Below are positions 23,963-27,120 of a stretch of DNA of 27,120 nt, piece by piece. Within the stretch, counting starts at the first letter, position 1. Every line of letters starts with the position of its first letter. A program made the translations under genes and the position numbers. Source of the stretch: an uncultured Candidatus Saccharibacteria bacterium (GTDB lineage: Bacteria > Patescibacteriota > Minisyncoccia > Phycocordibacterales > PALSA-1337). The stretch lies in contig CAZJQW010000003.1 of assembly GCA_964548575.1 (NCBI GenBank), positions 1 to 27,120 on the forward strand, written 5' to 3'. The notes below the pieces were generated by a model. That model was given only the letters and a program-made list of their open reading frames with translations, did no database searches and was not told the origin of the DNA.

Positions 23963-24415
23963 ATGCAAAGGGATTATATATCCCGAAAAGAGTTCGCATA
24001 TCTCAAAACCTATATGGACGACGGCTTTATCGGAATAGATAAAGTGATGACATTTGGTTTTGATGAGATTGGGAATCGATTTGGTAAAGTTGAGAAACAG
24101 TTCAGTAAAATTGACGAACACTTTACTAAAGTTCAAGATCAGTTCAAACTGTTCGATGTTAAATTCAGTAAAATTGACGATCAGTTTACTAAAGTATGGG
24201 ATCAATTGAATCGTCTTGATAAGCGTCTCAGTCATGTCGAAACTGAGCTTATTGAGATAAAGAAACACCTAAATAGTCTAGAAATGCGTTTTGAGGCATT
24301 TGAGAAGCGTTTGGACGTAAAATTTGAGTCATATGAAAGATCTATTCAGCTCCTTATTCACATGAATACGAGAATAGCCGAAGATCTCGGTGAGATGCGA
24401 CATCTAAATCGCTAA
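23963..24415 (+). CDS. Heptad-repeat coiled-coil protein; start uncertain (23936-23963)
   Basis: F/L every 7 residues (FGKVEKQ FSKIDEH FTKVQDQ FKLFDVK FSKIDDQ FTKVWDQ LNRLDKR LSHVETE), in AT-rich DNA. Confidence 0.75.
   Translation: MQRDYISRKEFAYLKTYMDDGFIGIDKVMTFGFDEIGNRFGKVEKQFSKIDEHFTKVQDQFKLFDVKFSKIDDQFTKVWDQLNRLDKRLSHVETELIEIKKHLNSLEMRFEAFEKRLDVKFESYERSIQLLIHMNTRIAEDLGEMRHLNR
24101..24195 (+). repeat. 32-bp direct repeat, copies 63 bp apart (2 mismatches), inside the coiled-coil gene
   Basis: TTCAGTAAAATTGACGAACACTTTACTAAAGT (24101-32) vs TTCAGTAAAATTGACGATCAGTTTACTAAAGT (24164-95). Confidence 0.85.
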
Positions 24416-24452
24416 TTGTGCATAATAATACGGCTCAACCAAGCCACAATAA

Positions 24453-26642
<2,190 letters not shown>

Positions 26643-26647
26643 AGGGC

Positions 26648-26740
26648 GGAAAGTAGAAAGTGGAAAATAGATGTGGAATCGCAGAAGTCATCTGCGATTT
26701 CTATTTTCTATTTTCTATTTTTCGTTTTTCTACTCTTTCT
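26648..26740. repeat. Inverted pair of heptamer tracts enclosing a hairpin
   Basis: Plus strand GGAAAGT AGAAAGT GGAAAAT (26648-68). Minus strand after the hsp20 stop: AGAAAGAGT AGAAAAAC GAAAAAT AGAAAAT AGAAAAT. Confidence 0.8.
26677..26699. terminator. Bidirectional hairpin between gyrB and hsp20
   Basis: AATCGCAGA-agtca-TCTGCGATT, a 9-bp perfect stem, T-rich downstream on the plus strand. Confidence 0.7.
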
Positions 26741-27120
26741 ACGCTGTTCTAACTTTGAGCTTTGATTGCCTCTTCTTGTCCAATTTCGGTAGCTTCAATA
26801 TCAAAAGTCCGTGTTTCTCGATCGCCTCCGCTTCATCTACGTCTATCTCTTCTGGAAGGGTAATAGATCTCGAGAATGATCCCCAATACAATTCTCGAAG
26901 AAAATAATCTTCATTTCTTGCGACTCTCTCTTCTTCTCTTTTGCCTCTAATCGTTACAAGATCGCGAGTGATAGAAATGTCGAGGTCTTCTGGGCGCACG
27001 CCGGCTATCATACTCTTTATGACTATCATGTCAGATGTTTGATAAACATCCACGGTTAGCTCTCCATCTTGTTCGGTTTCTTGGTCCATCCATGATTCAC
27101 CTCCGGAGAGGGTGGAGCTT
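26739..27120 (-). CDS. Hsp20/alpha-crystallin small heat-shock protein, 5' end probably beyond the window
   Basis: GELTVDVYQT, AGVRPEDLDI, TIRGKR, ELYWGSFSRSITLP and GLLILKLPK. The frame is open to the window edge (..SSTLSGGESWMDQ..), so ATG 27089 may be internal. Confidence 0.92.
   Translation of the reverse strand, partial: SSTLSGGESWMDQETEQDGELTVDVYQTSDMIVIKSMIAGVRPEDLDISITRDLVTIRGKREEERVARNEDYFLRELYWGSFSRSITLPEEIDVDEAEAIEKHGLLILKLPKLDKKRQSKLKVRTA

Overview
Compact bacterial chromosomal window, mostly housekeeping genes, genetic code 11 (TGA is used as a stop). Gene style, small streamlined proteins and scarce Shine-Dalgarno sites suggest a Patescibacteria/CPR (Parcubacteria-like) genome; this is inference only. 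Order: tRNA-Leu(CAA, cut by the edge), hypothetical, parB, topA, dprA, serS, FtsQ-like, D,D-carboxypeptidase, dus, recR, rplU, dnaB, pyrD, sensor-less histidine kinase plus OmpR-family regulator, rpsB, tsf, membrane hypothetical, an accessory block (hypothetical, membrane-anchored GH3/NagZ, degenerate PRTase, tRNA-Thr(UGU), stand-alone Clp N-domain protein), pheS, pheT, coiled-coil repeat protein, gyrB, and hsp20 (cut by the edge). The most striking signals are intergenic. (i) Five degenerate 7-bp RGAAARY tracts each begin just after a stop codon. One inverted pair encloses an unannotated, internally deleted four-helix-bundle (bAvd/23S-IVP-like) gene remnant, and a second pair encloses only a hairpin, which looks like filled and empty sites of a repeat-bounded element. 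(ii) A candidate ~160-nt structured small RNA with its own perfect extended -10 promoter lies between parB and topA. (iii) A pseudoknot-capable leader precedes an orphan gene. (iv) Extended -10 promoters often sit 6-13 nt from start codons. Protein-level oddities include a class-2 PyrD with a class-1 catalytic Cys and a minimised PheRS. All assignments come from reading motifs by eye; no searches were run.
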